In this document: in pieces, positions 24,232 through 36,720 of the stretch | Layout: every line of letters begins with the position of its first letter | How positions within the stretch are numbered: position 1 is the first letter of the stretch | Source of the DNA: Lama guanicoe | Taxonomy: Eukaryota | Reading direction: 5' to 3' | NCBI GenBank assembly: GCA_013239625.1 | Contig: MU053561.1 | Location: 4,571,214 to 4,635,213, forward strand | DNA length: 64,000 nt | The notes under the pieces: generated by a model | Database searches by the model: none | Told to the model about the DNA's origin: nothing | Seen by the model: the letters and a program-made list of their open reading frames with translations, nothing else | Translations under genes and position numbers: made by a program

Positions 24232-27200
24232 CACATCTTTACCTGTTCATCCATTGATGGGCACTTAGGTTGTTTCCATATCATGGCTGTTGTTAATAAT
24301 GCTGCATTGAACATAGGTGTGCAGATATCACTTTAAGATAGTGATTTTGTTTCCCGTGGATATATGCCCAGAAGTGGGATTGCTGAATCATATGCTAGTT
24401 GTATTTTTAATTTTTTGAGGAACCTCTTTACTGTTTTCCATAGTGGCTGAACCCAATTTACATGCTCATCAACAGTGCACAATAGTTCCCTCTTCTCTAC
24501 ATTCTTGCCAGTATTTTTTATCTCTTGTCTTTTGATAATAGCTGTTCTAACAGGTGGTATCTTATTATGATTTTGATTTGTATTTCCTTGATGCTGAGCA
24601 CCTTTTCATGTGCCTGTTGGCCAGTTGTAAGTCTTCTATGGAGAAATGTCTATTCAGTTCCTCTGCTTATTTTTTAATCAGATTGTTTGTTTGTTTTGCT
24701 TTTGAGTTGCATGAGTTCTTTATATATTTGGTGTATCAACCCCTTATCCAATATATGAATTACAAATATTTTCTCCCATTCTGTAGGTTTCCTGTATAAA
24801 ATCATTACCAAGACTAAAGTAAAGATGCCACCTCCTATGTTTTCTTCTAGGAGTTTTATGATTTCAGTTCTTAAACTGTTAATCCATTTTCAGTTGATTT
24901 TTGTATATGGTGTAAGATAGGGATCCAGTTTCATTTTTGGCATTTTCATTTGGCTGTCCAACTTTCTTAGCACCATTTATTGAAGAGACTGTCCTTTCCC
25001 CATTGTATATTTTTGGCTCCTTTGTCAAAAATTGACTATGTGTGGGTTTGTTTCTGGACTCTCTGTTCTGGTCCATTGATCTGTGTGTCTGTTTTTTATG
25101 CCAGTACCATACTCTTTTGATCACCATAGCTTTGTAACATAGTATGAAATCATGAAATGTGTTGGCCTCCAGCTTTGTACTTCTTTCTCAAGATTTATGT
25201 GGGTGTTTGGGCTCTTTTGTGGTTCCATAGAAATTTTAGGATTGTTCTATTTCTGTGAAAAATGCCGTTGGAATTTTGATAGGGATTGTATTGAATCTAT
25301 AGATTGCTTTGGGTAGTTTAGACATTTAAACAATATTAATTCTTCTAATCCATGAACATGGAATATATTTCCATTTATTTGTATATTGTTCAGTTTCTTT
25401 CATTAGTGTCATAGTTTTTCAGGATGGATATCTTTTACCTACTTATTTAAATTTATTCCTAGGTATTTTATTCTTTTTGATGCATTTGAAAGTGGGATTG
25501 TTTTCTTAATTTTTTTTTAGACACTTCATTGTTGGTGTACAGAAACAACTTATTTTTGTAGTAACCTTTTTTTTTTACTTAATATTATAAAAATTCCTAA
25601 ACATGTAAAAATAAACAAAAGAGTAAAATAAATCCAATCATCCTACTTCAATACTTCTAAAGTTTGAGCAGGCCAATCTTCACTTTTACCTCTCTCTCAT
25701 AGTATTTTGAAGCATATCCTGACATAATTTCATGTCTAAATATTGTAATATGAATCCCTATAATATAAGGGCATTTTTAATATAATTGCAATACCATTAT
25801 CACACCTAAACAACTCCTTAATATCAGCAAAAGTCAGTATGCAGATCTCTAATTATTTCATAAGTTCTTAATAGTTTTAATTAGGTCCCAGATAAAGTCC
25901 ATGCATTGAATTTGGTTGGTATGTTTTTTAGTCTCTTTTAATCTAGGTGTGCCCGCCATCATTTTTTTTTTCACTTGCAATTATTTTTCTTACTCACATT
26001 GATGAGTTAACTTTTAAATGGGCTGAAACTTTAAGTTAACATATAAAAATGTTGAATCACTATGTTATATAACTGAAATTAATATACTTCAATTTTTTAA
26101 AAAAGAAATAAACCAAAAAAACTTCAATTTTGTTTAAAACTATTGCATGAAAGAATCAAAACACTGTTTCTGATCTAGCAGTGCCTAATGTGTTTCTCTG
26201 TGAATATCTCTGGTTTAACTTGCCTGGCTCCTTTATTCCATAGGTGCTGATAGTCGATCTCTGTGCAGACAAGTTTTTACAGGAGGTAAGTGACAAAAGA
26301 GGTGGTTACATAATGTTTAGGGATAATTGGCCAGAAAATATGTGAAAGTACTTAGAGAAGATGACTCAGGCGAGACTTTTAGTCCCTACACATACTTTAC
26401 TTGACACTATGGCCAATCATACAAGATGGACCTGAAATTTTTGGCTTGAGTGTATACCTGTCTATCCCAAAGAAGGAAGGAGGAAACAGACTGAACATCA
26501 TTCTCAAAACAGGTAACCCTCCCTTCAAGTCTAGATGGGTTGATGTATAAGCCTCTAACTTAATTATATTTAACAAGCGTTCAGCACCAATTATTTCTAG
26601 ATATTCTGTTAGTCAGTCAGAAACTTAAGGTGAGTAAGACAGTTTGAGCCCAAAGGCCTTATAGTTTAACAGGGATGGGGAGCAGATATATCCATAAGTG
26701 GTATATATCTTAAATATATCCATGGTATATATCTTAGAAGTGGTATAATAGAAATTTATACAAGATACGGTAGGGGCAGAAAAGAAGCTGTCACTTATTC
26801 TGTGTTTTGTGGACAAGTGCCAGAAAATTTTAACATTGTTTAGTTTATTGAATACAATATTAAATCCTTTACATTTGGTGAACTGCACATAGCAGAAGCT
26901 CCAGCCTGGCCTTCGTGGACTCCTGTGCTCTTGCCAGTACCACCTTGACCCCAGTTATCTAGGCATGAAAGGGTGCAGACAGCACGGACTTCCTTCGCCT
27001 CGCCAGCTAGTCACTAGGTTCTGTCGCCACTTCCCTCTCTCCATCCATCCTACTTCAAATGCAGCTTTCCTGCCACCTAAGCTCATCTCTCCACCTGTCT
27101 GAGTGATGGAAACCATGGCCATCTTTAGTGAGCAAAGCTCACAAAAGCAAAAAATTGTTTATTTTTTTAAAATATAGTTAAGATATATATACCATAAACA

Positions 27201-30200
27201 TCATGGATTTTGCCTGATGTGGGAAAGGAAGCTTCAGATTGACTCAGAATTTATGCAAAGCCACTTGTGGAATTTTGGGGACTTAACTAGTGCATATTTG
27301 GGACTTTCTGTCTCAAAGCTCATGAAAGTTTCAATTTCTTCTCTTCAGGTATCTGATGAGGATGAAATTCTACCACCTAAACTTCAAGCTGCCTTGATGC
27401 AGATTTTGGAAGAACGAGATGAAATCTTGGCTCAGGAGCAGAATTGTTCACGAGGTATGAGACAAGAGGTCTGTGGATTTAAGGTTAAGGTAGTAAATAT
27501 TTACTAAATGTCCAGCACCCTGCCAAAGCATATACACAAGTAGTATGAAATTGCCCGTGCCTTGACAGGCTTATCATCAGCTTCCCTGATCACCCTCAGA
27601 TGTGCCAAGTCCCCTTCTATTTCAGGACTTGTGCACTTGCTCAGTTCATTTATGAAATACTGTTCCCCAGATATCCACATGGCTCCTGGTCTTTGTTCTT
27701 GCAAATCCATGTTCAAATGTCACTTTCTCAGTGAGGCTTTCTTTCCTGACTGTCCTGATTAAAATTGTCCCCATTCCCTTAGCACTTCCTGTCCTCCTCC
27801 CTGACCTTATTTTCCCCCATGGCTTTTATCACTATCTGGTGTGCTAGGCAATTCCATGAGAGCAGTGACTGTCTATTTCCTATCTCCAATACTTTAAACA
27901 TCATTCAATAAATAGTATTCAGTGAGTATTTGTTGAATAAGTGGATGAATAATATTTATTGGGTGGCTTACTCTGTACCAGGCATTGTCTTAAACACTTA
28001 GCATACATCTTATTTCATCCTTGTGATATGTTTATGAAGAAGGTATTGTTATTTAATCCCCATTTTACAGATGAGTACACTAAGGCTATTTACTCATGAG
28101 AAAGCATTAGGGAAGGAGCGGAATTAGAGGAGTAATTAAAATTTCAGTTTTGGATATTAAGTTTGAGAAACCTATTAGATGTTTGGTACCTAGAAGACAT
28201 TTAACTGGAGATGTCAAGTAGGCGTTTATATGCATGAATTTGGTGTTGAGAGGAGAGATTTGGGCTAGAGACATACATTTAAAAGTTGCTTTTTTAAATT
28301 TGTGGGAACAGAGAGAGAACTCTATAGAGTGAGTAGAGATAGAAAATTTAGAAGATTTAAGGATTGAGCCCTGGGTTGGGAGTAGTGTGTTTAGATTTCC
28401 AACTTCTGGAAGTTGGGAAGAGGAGAAGGATCCAGGAAAGGGGACTAAGAGAAGCAGCAAGTGAAGTGGGTGAAAAACCAGGAGTGTAGTATTGTGAAAG
28501 GTCAGTGAAGAAAGTATTTCGTGAAGAAAGTATTTCATAAAGAAAAGAATAAATGGTTATGTTTAATGCTGCAAAGAGGTCAAGTAAGTTGAAGACTAAG
28601 AATTGACCAGTGTATTTGACAATGGGAAGGGCTCTGGAGACCTTGGTAACAGCAGATTCAGCAAAATGATTGGAAGAAGGCAAAATTGGGGAAGGTTCAA
28701 GAGAGAATTAGAATGACATTCAGCTTTTTGTAAAATTTTAATGGAAGTGCAAAAGGCCAGAATAGTTAAGACACTGCTGAAAAAGAACAAGGTTGAAGGA
28801 CTTGCCATACAAAATATTAAGATTAACTGTAAAATCATAGTAATTAAGATCATTTGGTTCCAGTACAGAAATAAACAAATGGAGTGATGAAAGTGGAAAG
28901 AATACAGAATACACGTGCATAAGGAAACCTGATTTATGTCAGAACCAGCACTGCACGTCAGTGGGAAAAGAATGAACCATTCAATAAACAATTCTAGGGC
29001 AACTGGTTTTCCATAGGAAAAGAAATGAATGTGGATCTATACCTCATCTTATACATAGAATTAGCTCAAATGAATTAAAGACTTAAATGTTAAAACTAAA
29101 ACATTTAAAATGTCTAGAAAAGAACAGAAGAAAATATTTTATGTTTTGGGACAGTAAAGGATTTATTTTTATTTTTTTTTAATCAAAACTATTTAGCTTT
29201 TGACTTTTCAAATTTATTTATGTGTTTATTTTTATTTTGTTTTTCTGGAGGGGAAGGTAATTAGGTTTGTTTATTTTAATGGAGGTACTGGGGCTTGAAC
29301 CTGGGACCTCGTGCACGCTAAACATGCCCTCTACCACTGAGCTATATCCTCCCCTCCTGGATTTCTTAAATGTGGTTCAAAGAGCACAAACCATAATGAA
29401 TAAGACTGATTAATTTGACTATGTTAAGTTTTTGAAATTTCTGTTCATCAAGGGACACCATGGAAAAGGAATTAAAAAACCAGGTACAAACTAGATGAAG
29501 ACATTCTTAATAAATAGAACTAACAAAGGAATAGTATCTAGAATTTAGTTTTAAAAATTACTATAATTCAAAACTAGAAAGATGAATAACCCAGTAGAAA
29601 AACTGGGGAAGATATGAACACTCATTTTATAGAAGAGGAAATATGAAAGGCCAATAAATATATGAAGAGATGTACAACCCAGTCAAAATCAGGGAAATGT
29701 AAATTAAAACCACAGTGAGATATCATTTTATACTCACCATATTGGCAAAACTTTTTAAGCCTGACAGTATCAAGTGTTGGTAAGAATGTGTAAATTAGTT
29801 CAGCCCCTTTGGAAAAATAATTTGGCACCATCTAGTTGAGTTAAAGGTGTACATATCCCACAACCCAACAAGTCCATTTTTAGATACATACCCAGGAGAA
29901 ACTCTTGGACATGATAACTAGGAAAGAAGTACGATAATTTTTGTAGTAGTACTGTATGTGATAACAAAAATGAAAAACAACCTAAACATTCATTGATAGG
30001 AGAATATAGCATTAAAAAAAGAATCCGAAAGACACACATTGAATAAAACAGTAAGTTGCAGGAGAATCTAATGTTCAAAGATGGACAAAACCTAACAATA
30101 TGTTGTTGGGGTTGCATGTGCATAGCAAAACTATAATGTAAAGCAAATGATATACACAAAATTCCAAATAATGGTCACCCTCTATTGAAAAGTAGGGGAA

Positions 30201-33200
30201 GAACACCACGGAGAGGGCATCACACAAGGAACTTTGGAAATACACATGATGTTCTGTTTTAAGCTTTATGGTAGGCACTTGTGTGGTCATTTCACTGCTG
30301 ACCTGGTGAATATCCATACATGTAAAGGAATATGTAAAGTAAATACATTAAAATGGAAACAAAGATTGTAGTCAGAGACTCAGCAGCAATGTACAATTTT
30401 GAAATAAAGTCTTTCCTTCTCTCCATCTCCCTCAAAAAAAAAATAAACGGAAACAAAGAATGGAAGATAAATTATAGGAAAACATAATTTTTAAAAGAAA
30501 GGGAATTAGATGTAAGAAAATGGGTACAACAGTTGTAAACAACTCTTTCAAGAAACTTTTTGCTGCTAAATCGAGGTGAATGGGACAGTAACTGGAGGGC
30601 GTGGGAGACTGGGGCAGAAGTGTTGACGATAAAAGCAGTGATGGACCATGGATTATCAGCTGCAGAAGGGAAGAGATGAGAAGGAAGTCTGTTGAACAAA
30701 ATATTTTAAAAAATCTGAATTGGAATGAAAATGTAACGTTGGAAGGGACCTTAGAAAGCCACCTCATTACACAGATATGGAAAGAGAGGCCACAAGAGGT
30801 AAAGCAAGTTGCCCGCTATTATATAGCTGCTGCATGGTAGAAATCTGTTTAAACGGAGGTCCCAGATTCCCAGTCAGCCCATGAGAAAGAGCAAGAGCCA
30901 TTGTGAAGGGAAAAAAAATACTATTTGGATATGGAAGGAAAAGGACAAGTCTAAGTTGAACCTGAGGTTTGAGCCTAGAACCTGGAAGGCAACATACTGT
31001 TGTATATTATAGTGGTTAAGAATCACCTGACTTGGGAATCCTGCAGCTTCTCCACTGCACTAGATGAGATGACCCTGGAGAATGTCTTTGATTTGAGCCT
31101 CAGTTCCTCTGCTGGAAAAGGGAAATAATATACCTACCTCACTGGATTATTATGTTTGTTAAAGCACTTAATTCAGTGCCTGACATAGCTAAAGCACTCT
31201 AATTATTATTTATTACGGAATAATCATGGTGGAATATGAAATAGGAAAGTTGAGAGAGAACCTGATTTGGTGAGAAATATAATGAATTAGGTTTTTGACA
31301 CATGTTGTTTATTTATTTGATTCATAGTCTACCAATTTCCCAAAAGGACCTGAGGTATGGTGACATTTAGACAAAACAGAATTTAAGTGCTAATGGGACA
31401 GCCAAATGATGCCCACACATAGGTAGCCTGAAGATGTAGAAAGTGGATTTTGGTGGAATATCAGGGCTGGAGATCTGAGGTTGAGAATTACCAATACAAA
31501 GCCAGCTCACTATGCCAGTTAGCCATTTAAAGAAGGGAATGTTGAAGAGAAGGGGTCTGAAGACCATGCTCAGGAAGAGGAAGAAGAGGCAACACAAAAC
31601 AAATGTTTGGTCATAAAGGCAGGACAGAATCAGGACATCAGGAGAGCATAAAGTTGTGGGACACGTGAGGAATGAGGAGGAGGTTAGCACAAAAGCAGCA
31701 TATAGTTTAAAGGAGATAAAAATAAGAGCAGATTAAACTGCGCTAGTTCTCACTGGTGTCCTTTGAAAAAGCAGTTACAGTGAATTCACAGATGTGCAAG
31801 GCAGAGTATGTGGAGGAAGAAAATGAAGGTAAGGATACAAGCCGTTTGCTTTTTGCAGGTCATGAAGAGTGCGAGAAAGCTAAGAATGAGAATCCCTATG
31901 CTTATTCCCTGTTGCGTAATCTGTGATTTCCTGGGTGTCACTTTCATAACCAGAGCCAGTGTCCCTATAAACACAAAACTTAGGGGATTTTTTTTCTTTT
32001 TTTTCTTTCATTTTGCAGAAGATGTGACACTCAACTCTCTGGTGTCTGAAGCATTTGTCAGGTTTTTTGTGGAGCTGGTAGGACATTATTCTTTGAGCAT
32101 GACTGTCACTGAGCGTGGGGAGCGTGTATTCCAAAGGGAGCCATTCCGTAAATCCCACACCTCCCGTAGTGTGCGGCACTTCCTGGACCTCTTCATGGAA
32201 ACTCAGATGTTTGCAGGGTTCGTCCAGGACCGAGAGCTTCGAAAAAGTGGAGTGAAAGGTCAGTTTTATCATAAAGTTCTCCCTCTGTATTTAGTGAGCA
32301 CTTAAAAGATTTGGCAATAAATATAAACAAAATCAGCAGAAAGCTACAAGGGCTCAAAATCTAAGTTGTTTATTATGTGAAATATTCATTTTGTAATATT
32401 GTTTTGGTATGGAAGTACATTTGTAGTGAGATCAGAGTTTTATTTAATTGATTTTCAGTCTTGAATATATGACAGTTTCACCAACCTGAGTTTTCCTTGT
32501 AGGTTTGTTTGAGGTCCGGGCCCTCCAGTATTTGGAAACAATTCCTGAGCCTGAGCCCAGTGGGGTGAACAGAATTTTGCGGAGCCTTGGTGAGTTGCTG
32601 TGTCTTCATTTTAGTTAAAAAACACTTTTGCAGTAAGCATGCCTCATCACAAAAGCTTTACAATCAGATCAACAGTGTAACCTCAAGTAGGGGGACCAGA
32701 AACCATGACCCTAGTTCCAAAGTGTTTTGGATAGAAAGAAGTCTCTCTCAAAGGTTAGAATTCTCCATCAGAGTCGTCCATGGGGCTGTTTGCCTCAGAT
32801 GAAACTCCCTTATGATATAAGAATTTTGCGTCTCATGATTATTAATCTTTTCTAGGCCTCATCCCTGGAAGAATCTTATAAAAACTGGACCTTTTCCCAG
32901 AAAAATATGCTTAAAGCATAGAAACAAATTTTGCACATAATTTTAGGGTGTTCATGACCCCACTGAAGCCCATCCATGCACTCCAGATTAAAAATAACTG
33001 GTTTAGAGGGCATCTGAGGCAAAAGAGGATTACCTATAAGTCTCTAATTTTATATTTCTTAAGGAAACACAGTTGTTTATGTTTTTCAATTATAGTAAAC
33101 TTTTAATTATCCAGTATGATAAGGGAGAACAGTGGCATGATAGCCCAAAACAATGAAGAAACAATATTCTGTGGTATTTATATTGATCTTTGAAATATAT

Positions 33201-33724
33201 GCCCCTAATTAAAATTAGCCCATATCCTTAACTAGCTGAGAGACCATGGACAAATTATACCTTGGGCTGTTATTTTATCTTTATACCATGGTGTTAGATT
33301 AGATTAGTGGTTCTCAGCTCTGACTGCAATATTATAATCCCTGGGAAGCTTAAATGAAAATCCATACCTCCTCAGCCCCCCTACCCAGACCACACCGGGC
33401 TCCAAGAAATCTCTAGGAAGCAGGATAAGTGATTTTAACCTACAGACAGGATTGAAAACCACAGGATTAGATGATGTATGAGTTCTCTTCTGCCTCTGCA
33501 ATTAGACATCTGGGGTTTCATGTGTGTGTTCTGTTTTGTTTTGTTTGGTGGTTAAACACATCAACTGATAGCTTGAGATGGCAGCTTACTCCTGGGCTGT
33601 TCTGAATGACTGGGTTGTTAATCCCTTGCCTCAAATAATGTACAATAAATAAAATGGACTAATGAGTTCATTCTACTTTTTTTTACGTTTAGGAAGTAAG
33701 ATGAAATTTCTACAGAAGAAATGA
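4439..33724 (+). CDS. DENND2C: DENN domain-containing protein 2C (Rab GEF), 18 coding exons, 929 aa (928 with the distal NAGNAG acceptor)
   Basis: Exons join in frame with GT-AG boundaries to 2790 nt: MDVGFSRS...uDENN/cDENN/dDENN motifs ([55 protein letters not shown])...[10 protein letters not shown]. Lies next to BCAS2 as in other mammals. Confidence 0.97.
5790..5926 (+). CDS. DENND2C: DENND2C coding exon 2
   Basis: ttaag|[22 protein letters not shown]...[10 protein letters not shown]; donor T|gtaggt. Confidence 0.93.
6343..6455 (+). CDS. DENND2C: DENND2C coding exon 3
   Basis: tcaag|[43 protein letters not shown]; donor AAG|gtata. Confidence 0.93.
7053..7223 (+). CDS. DENND2C: DENND2C coding exon 4 (171 nt, symmetric)
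   Basis: ttttcag|[15 protein letters not shown]...KRKNLPR; donor gtaagg. Confidence 0.93.
9621..9749 (-). mobile_element. tRNA-derived SINE (camelid Vic-1-like)
   Basis: Reverse GGGGAGGGTATAGTTCAG...GGTTCAATTCC A/B boxes; degenerate TSD ttggaa(a)ttttt. Confidence 0.85.
10539..10635 (+). CDS. DENND2C: DENND2C coding exon 5
   Basis: tttttcag|[35 protein letters not shown]; donor G|gtaaga. Confidence 0.93.
12950..14350 (-). mobile_element. Old L1 (L1ME-like) fragment with nested younger L1 3' ends (13791-13836 and ~14011-14180)
   Basis: Antisense L1 3' motifs; nested pieces flanked by TSDs cctattcatacac and attaga.taga.aatttt. Confidence 0.7.
15061..15105 (+). CDS. DENND2C: DENND2C coding exon 6
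   Basis: ttttcag|[20 protein letters not shown]; donor A|gtgagt. Confidence 0.92.
16940..17127 (+). CDS. DENND2C: DENND2C coding exon 7
   Basis: ttgcag|[16 protein letters not shown]...[12 protein letters not shown]...QFPGK; donor gtgggt. Confidence 0.94.
17420..17625 (+). mobile_element. MIR SINE
   Basis: Core tagctctgtgactttgagcagttacttt..ctctgtgcctcagcttcttcat..gtgaaatgg. Confidence 0.75.
18545..18654 (+). CDS. DENND2C: DENND2C coding exon 8
   Basis: tttcag|[39 protein letters not shown]; donor AG|gtaaat. Confidence 0.94.
20231..20300 (+). CDS. DENND2C: DENND2C coding exon 9
   Basis: tttcag|[28 protein letters not shown]; donor gtaagt. Confidence 0.95.
20818..20895 (+). CDS. DENND2C: DENND2C coding exon 10
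   Basis: ttttag|[29 protein letters not shown]; donor gtgagt. Confidence 0.95.
21419..21559 (+). CDS. DENND2C: DENND2C coding exon 11
   Basis: atgtag|[50 protein letters not shown]; donor gtaagt. Confidence 0.94.
22045..22193 (+). CDS. DENND2C: DENND2C coding exon 12
   Basis: tttcag|[20 protein letters not shown]...[13 protein letters not shown]; donor AG|gtgaga. Confidence 0.95.
22656..22833 (+). CDS. DENND2C: DENND2C coding exon 13
   Basis: gctag|[32 protein letters not shown]...DLPIEE; donor gtgaga. Confidence 0.95.
23100..25560 (-). mobile_element. Nested L1 fragments (3' UTR and ORF2 pieces) in DENND2C intron
   Basis: Minus ORF 24879-25127 (VWYWHK...) is L1 ORF2-like; typical antisense L1 motifs. 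Confidence 0.85.
24135..24231. repeat. (TG)15 followed by (AT)7(AC)10 microsatellites
   Basis: Directly visible. Confidence 0.95.
26244..26285 (+). CDS. DENND2C: DENND2C coding exon 14
   Basis: ccatag|[17 protein letters not shown]; donor gtaagt. Confidence 0.93.
27349..27454 (+). CDS. DENND2C: DENND2C coding exon 15
   Basis: cttcag|[38 protein letters not shown]; donor G|gtatga. Confidence 0.94.
27550..28720. mobile_element. L2 and MIR fragments
   Basis: L2 3' end (caaatgtcactttctcagtgaggcttt...ttgttgaataagtggatgaata), MIR (cccattttacagatgag), antisense L2 (ttcagttttggatattaagtttgaga). Confidence 0.7.
28725..30330 (+). mobile_element. Old L1 (L1MC/ME-like) ORF2-3'UTR fragment
   Basis: Sense L1 motifs (gaaaaagaacaaggttgaaggactt..., aaaaccacagtgagatatcatttt). 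Confidence 0.8.
29247..29357 (-). mobile_element. Vic-1-like SINE inside L1
   Basis: Same consensus as the other copies. Confidence 0.85.
32019..32258 (+). CDS. DENND2C: DENND2C coding exon 16 (start 32019 or 32022, tandem acceptor)
   Basis: ttttgCAG AAG; (E)[23 protein letters not shown]...[11 protein letters not shown]; donor G|gtcagt. Confidence 0.93.
32503..32589 (+). CDS. DENND2C: DENND2C coding exon 17
   Basis: ttgtag|[34 protein letters not shown]; donor G|gtgagt. Confidence 0.94.
33305..33465. mobile_element. MER5-like hAT-Charlie DNA transposon
   Basis: TIR-like ends agtggttctca ... tgaaaaccac. Confidence 0.65.
33693..33724 (+). CDS. DENND2C: DENND2C last coding exon
   Basis: gtttag|[15 protein letters not shown] then TGA 33722-33724. 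Confidence 0.93.
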
Positions 33725-35548
33725 AATATTTGATCGACTGCCTTCATCTCAAAAAGAAGAAAAAGTGCCAAAGAAACTTTTTCCAAGAGTCAGGATGCCC
33801 TCAAGTATTCCACAAAATCTTGAAAGTTGAAAGGTTAAAGAGTGGGTCAGGTTCTTGGAGGAGGATTCTCCTGTTGCTGCTGTAGTAATCACTGGAGAAT
33901 TGTTGGGAGTAGTCTGGAACCAATGCTCTGTTTACTCTGCTTCCAGATTCTTTTTTAAGCGGCCTTTTCTTTTTGATTCTTGGGCTCATTCTTTGTGTTT
34001 TGTGCTTAGTTTATGAAGGCACTGATCTTTTACAAGAGAAAGACTTAGTATTGCATTTAAAAAAATACAGCTCAAAGATGAGCACAGTGAGAAAAGTGCT
34101 GCGTTTAAGGTACTAGGGAGGCATGAAAGAAGTAGGAAACACTATCCCTTCACACAAAATTCTCATCACTGAAATACCACGGCAGCTTTAAACCTATGGA
34201 CTGTTCAAACTGAGCTAAGGAATATACTCATCATATAGCTTTGTTTTTGTTTTTGTTTTTGTTTTTTTGGGTCTAGTGTTCTGTCTAGGGGAATCTCACT
34301 TCTGTGGAAGCCCTACTGATTAGCACTGTTATTGAGTAACTTATAAAAGTAGACAGATTGCAGCTCCTCCACATTGTGTGGCACTGGGTAACTTGTCCCT
34401 CACGTGTCAACATTAAACTTTGTGGAATAATAGCTAATAGGAAAATGTCCTTTAAGGGCATGAGAACTACCTTCTTTTTTAGTGTCCACTATGTGCCATG
34501 AATGGTACATATGTTTATGTCATCTTACTCAGTCTTTAAATCAAGTTTATGAGATATTTGCTTCTCCATTTTACTAATGAGGAAAATGGAATTCAAAGAG
34601 GTTAAATAACTTGCCCAACTGAAGGCAGGACTGTTAGTTCATGAACACAGAGAAAGTTGGTTATTCCTATAGATAGCAGTTTGAACTCTGTAGGATTATA
34701 GCTATTGAAAACTTTTTTTTAAAGTTTTAAGTGTACCAGAGCCGACCTTCAGTTGAGGATAAGGGACTTCAAACTATAGGTGTCTAGGTGAGACTTTTTT
34801 TGGTTCCCCTAGAAATGTTGGACTTTTTGCTGTAATTAAGTTGAACTCAGAATATGGACATTTCCTGGGCACACACCACACAATCACCACAACCCTTCAT
34901 ATCTAAAGTAGTAGTAGTGATTAAAAAGAGGTATTTGTCAGCAGTGGTGTAATTTTCATTGATAAATGTTATAGCAAGTGTCAGTTTTTCTACTCCTGCT
35001 GATGGTTTTAACTGGCATTAAAAAAATTTATTCAAACTTAAAGCTTTGTAAGTTGTATTATGATACAACTTATTAACTTGTGCAGTATTGTCATCACAGC
35101 TCATTCAGGTGTGCATGAATGAATCTGAACCATCTAAGATGGGTGTGGTATAATGTAATTTCTATAGATGGGGTCCAGAAAGTAGAACTGAGCCTATGTG
35201 TTTAAAAAAAGAAAAATGTTTATTAAGCAGCCTCCCCAAGTGGGGCTCTTACCAGATATCTCCCCATTTGGTTTCTTCTGACACTCCAACCCTGACGGAA
35301 TAATTAGTAACTGGGAAGTCGAGTGTTTATAAAATGGGGGTAGAAGGTGTTATTTTGGTGGATCCCCAGCATTCCTTTGTCAAGAGACCTTTGCTTCAGC
35401 GGTGGGGGCCTTATTTTATCCCTACAATCTGAAGCTGCTTCCTTAAGTCTGTTTTATTTTGTTTTTAAAGTGAAGTATTACAAAATCTGGACATGTTTGT
35501 AAAATAATTGCTCAAGATTTGTATAAAATGTTCACAGATCTTTTCATG

Positions 35549-35594
35549 AATAAACACAAAAAATTCCATGGAGCTCTTGGAGAAGTTAAATAAA
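35549..35594 (+). terminator. DENND2C: Candidate DENND2C poly(A) signals (AATAAA 35549-35554 and 35589-35594); 3'UTR about 1.85 kb
   Basis: Two AATAAA hexamers after TGTA/U-rich sequence, just before the BCAS2 promoter. Confidence 0.6.
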
Positions 35595-36627
35595 ATTGCT
35601 TAAGATGTAAAGATCTTTTATTTCACGTAAATCTATAGCTAGCACGTATCTAACAGTAGGTTAAAAGATAATCGACCCTAGACTAACCAAGCTTAGTAAC
35701 CATGGCCAGCATTTCCAGACAAAGCCTAGATTTGCCCACCGGGCATGGTATATAGTCCTACTACCTTATCTGGTCTCTCCCTGCTTTGTCAAAGGGAGCT
35801 GGAAGCCGGCGACCAGAGACACTGCAGCGGCAGTGATAGCAGAAGTGATTGGAGGCAAGGAAGAGAGCTGGTCTACTCCTGAAGTACTAAAGGCAAATGA
35901 TTGGGTTTTATACATGCCCTGAAGGCAAAACGACAGTATTTGTAAAATATGGGGTTAGTGGACAGTTACCAGTTTCGCCCGGCGGGGAAATAAGGTTCTT
36001 TTTGTTATGCAGATTCTAAACTTCTCCAATTTTTGTTTTGTTTTTGGGGGTGTGGGTAATAATTCTTCCTAATTTTAACTGGAGCCTGGCGTCCACTCGT
36101 AGAGCCTGTGAAAAAACTGCACTTAACTCAATACAAAGATTCTCAGGGCGACGAGAACGAAGACGAGTGGGGATACATGCAAGGAAGTGCAAAGCGAGAG
36201 AAGTTTAAGGGAAGAAAGTGGAAGGTTGGGGGAGTAAAGCCGAGGTGGGAAACTTGTGTCTTTCTCCCCGCCAAATCCTGCAGCCAGTTCCCTCCGAAAG
36301 GATTCCCTCCAAGATACCAGCGTCCTAGAGGAGATGAAAGTCCTAGCTCCTCTCCAAATTGCTGCCAGTCGGAGGCAAAAAGTGGAGCAAACAAGGACAG
36401 GAAATTGAGACGTTCCGCTGACTCCGGGAAACCACGACGTGACGTCACGTCCGACCAAAACAAAATGGCCGCGCAATTCCTAGCCGGGCGAGCACGCCCT
36501 CAGAATTAACAACTGAGCATGCGCCAAAGCTAATACGCAGGCGACGTGATCACGTTAATGTCAGGCGCAGGCCTATTTAAGTGAGCCTGAGCTTGCGCAG
36601 ACTCAGAAGACGCAGGCGAACCTGAGA

Positions 36628-36720
36628 ATGGCGGGCACGGGTTTGGTGGCTGGAGAGGTTGTGGTGGATGCGCTGCCGTATTTTGACCAGGGTTATGAAG
36701 CGCCTGGTGTTCGAGAAGCG
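36628..36720 (+). CDS. BCAS2: BCAS2 exon 1 coding part
   Basis: agaATGg; [31 protein letters not shown]; donor gtgagt. Confidence 0.96.

Noticed and set aside
28505..28536. 16-bp tandem duplication, and similar ones near 1195, 26690 and 63405
   Set aside because: Ordinary slippage events in decayed repeats or AT-rich intron.
36108..36509. Three overlapping ORFs of 106-133 aa upstream of BCAS2
   Set aside because: Expected stop-poor frames in a GC-rich promoter; no protein-like features.
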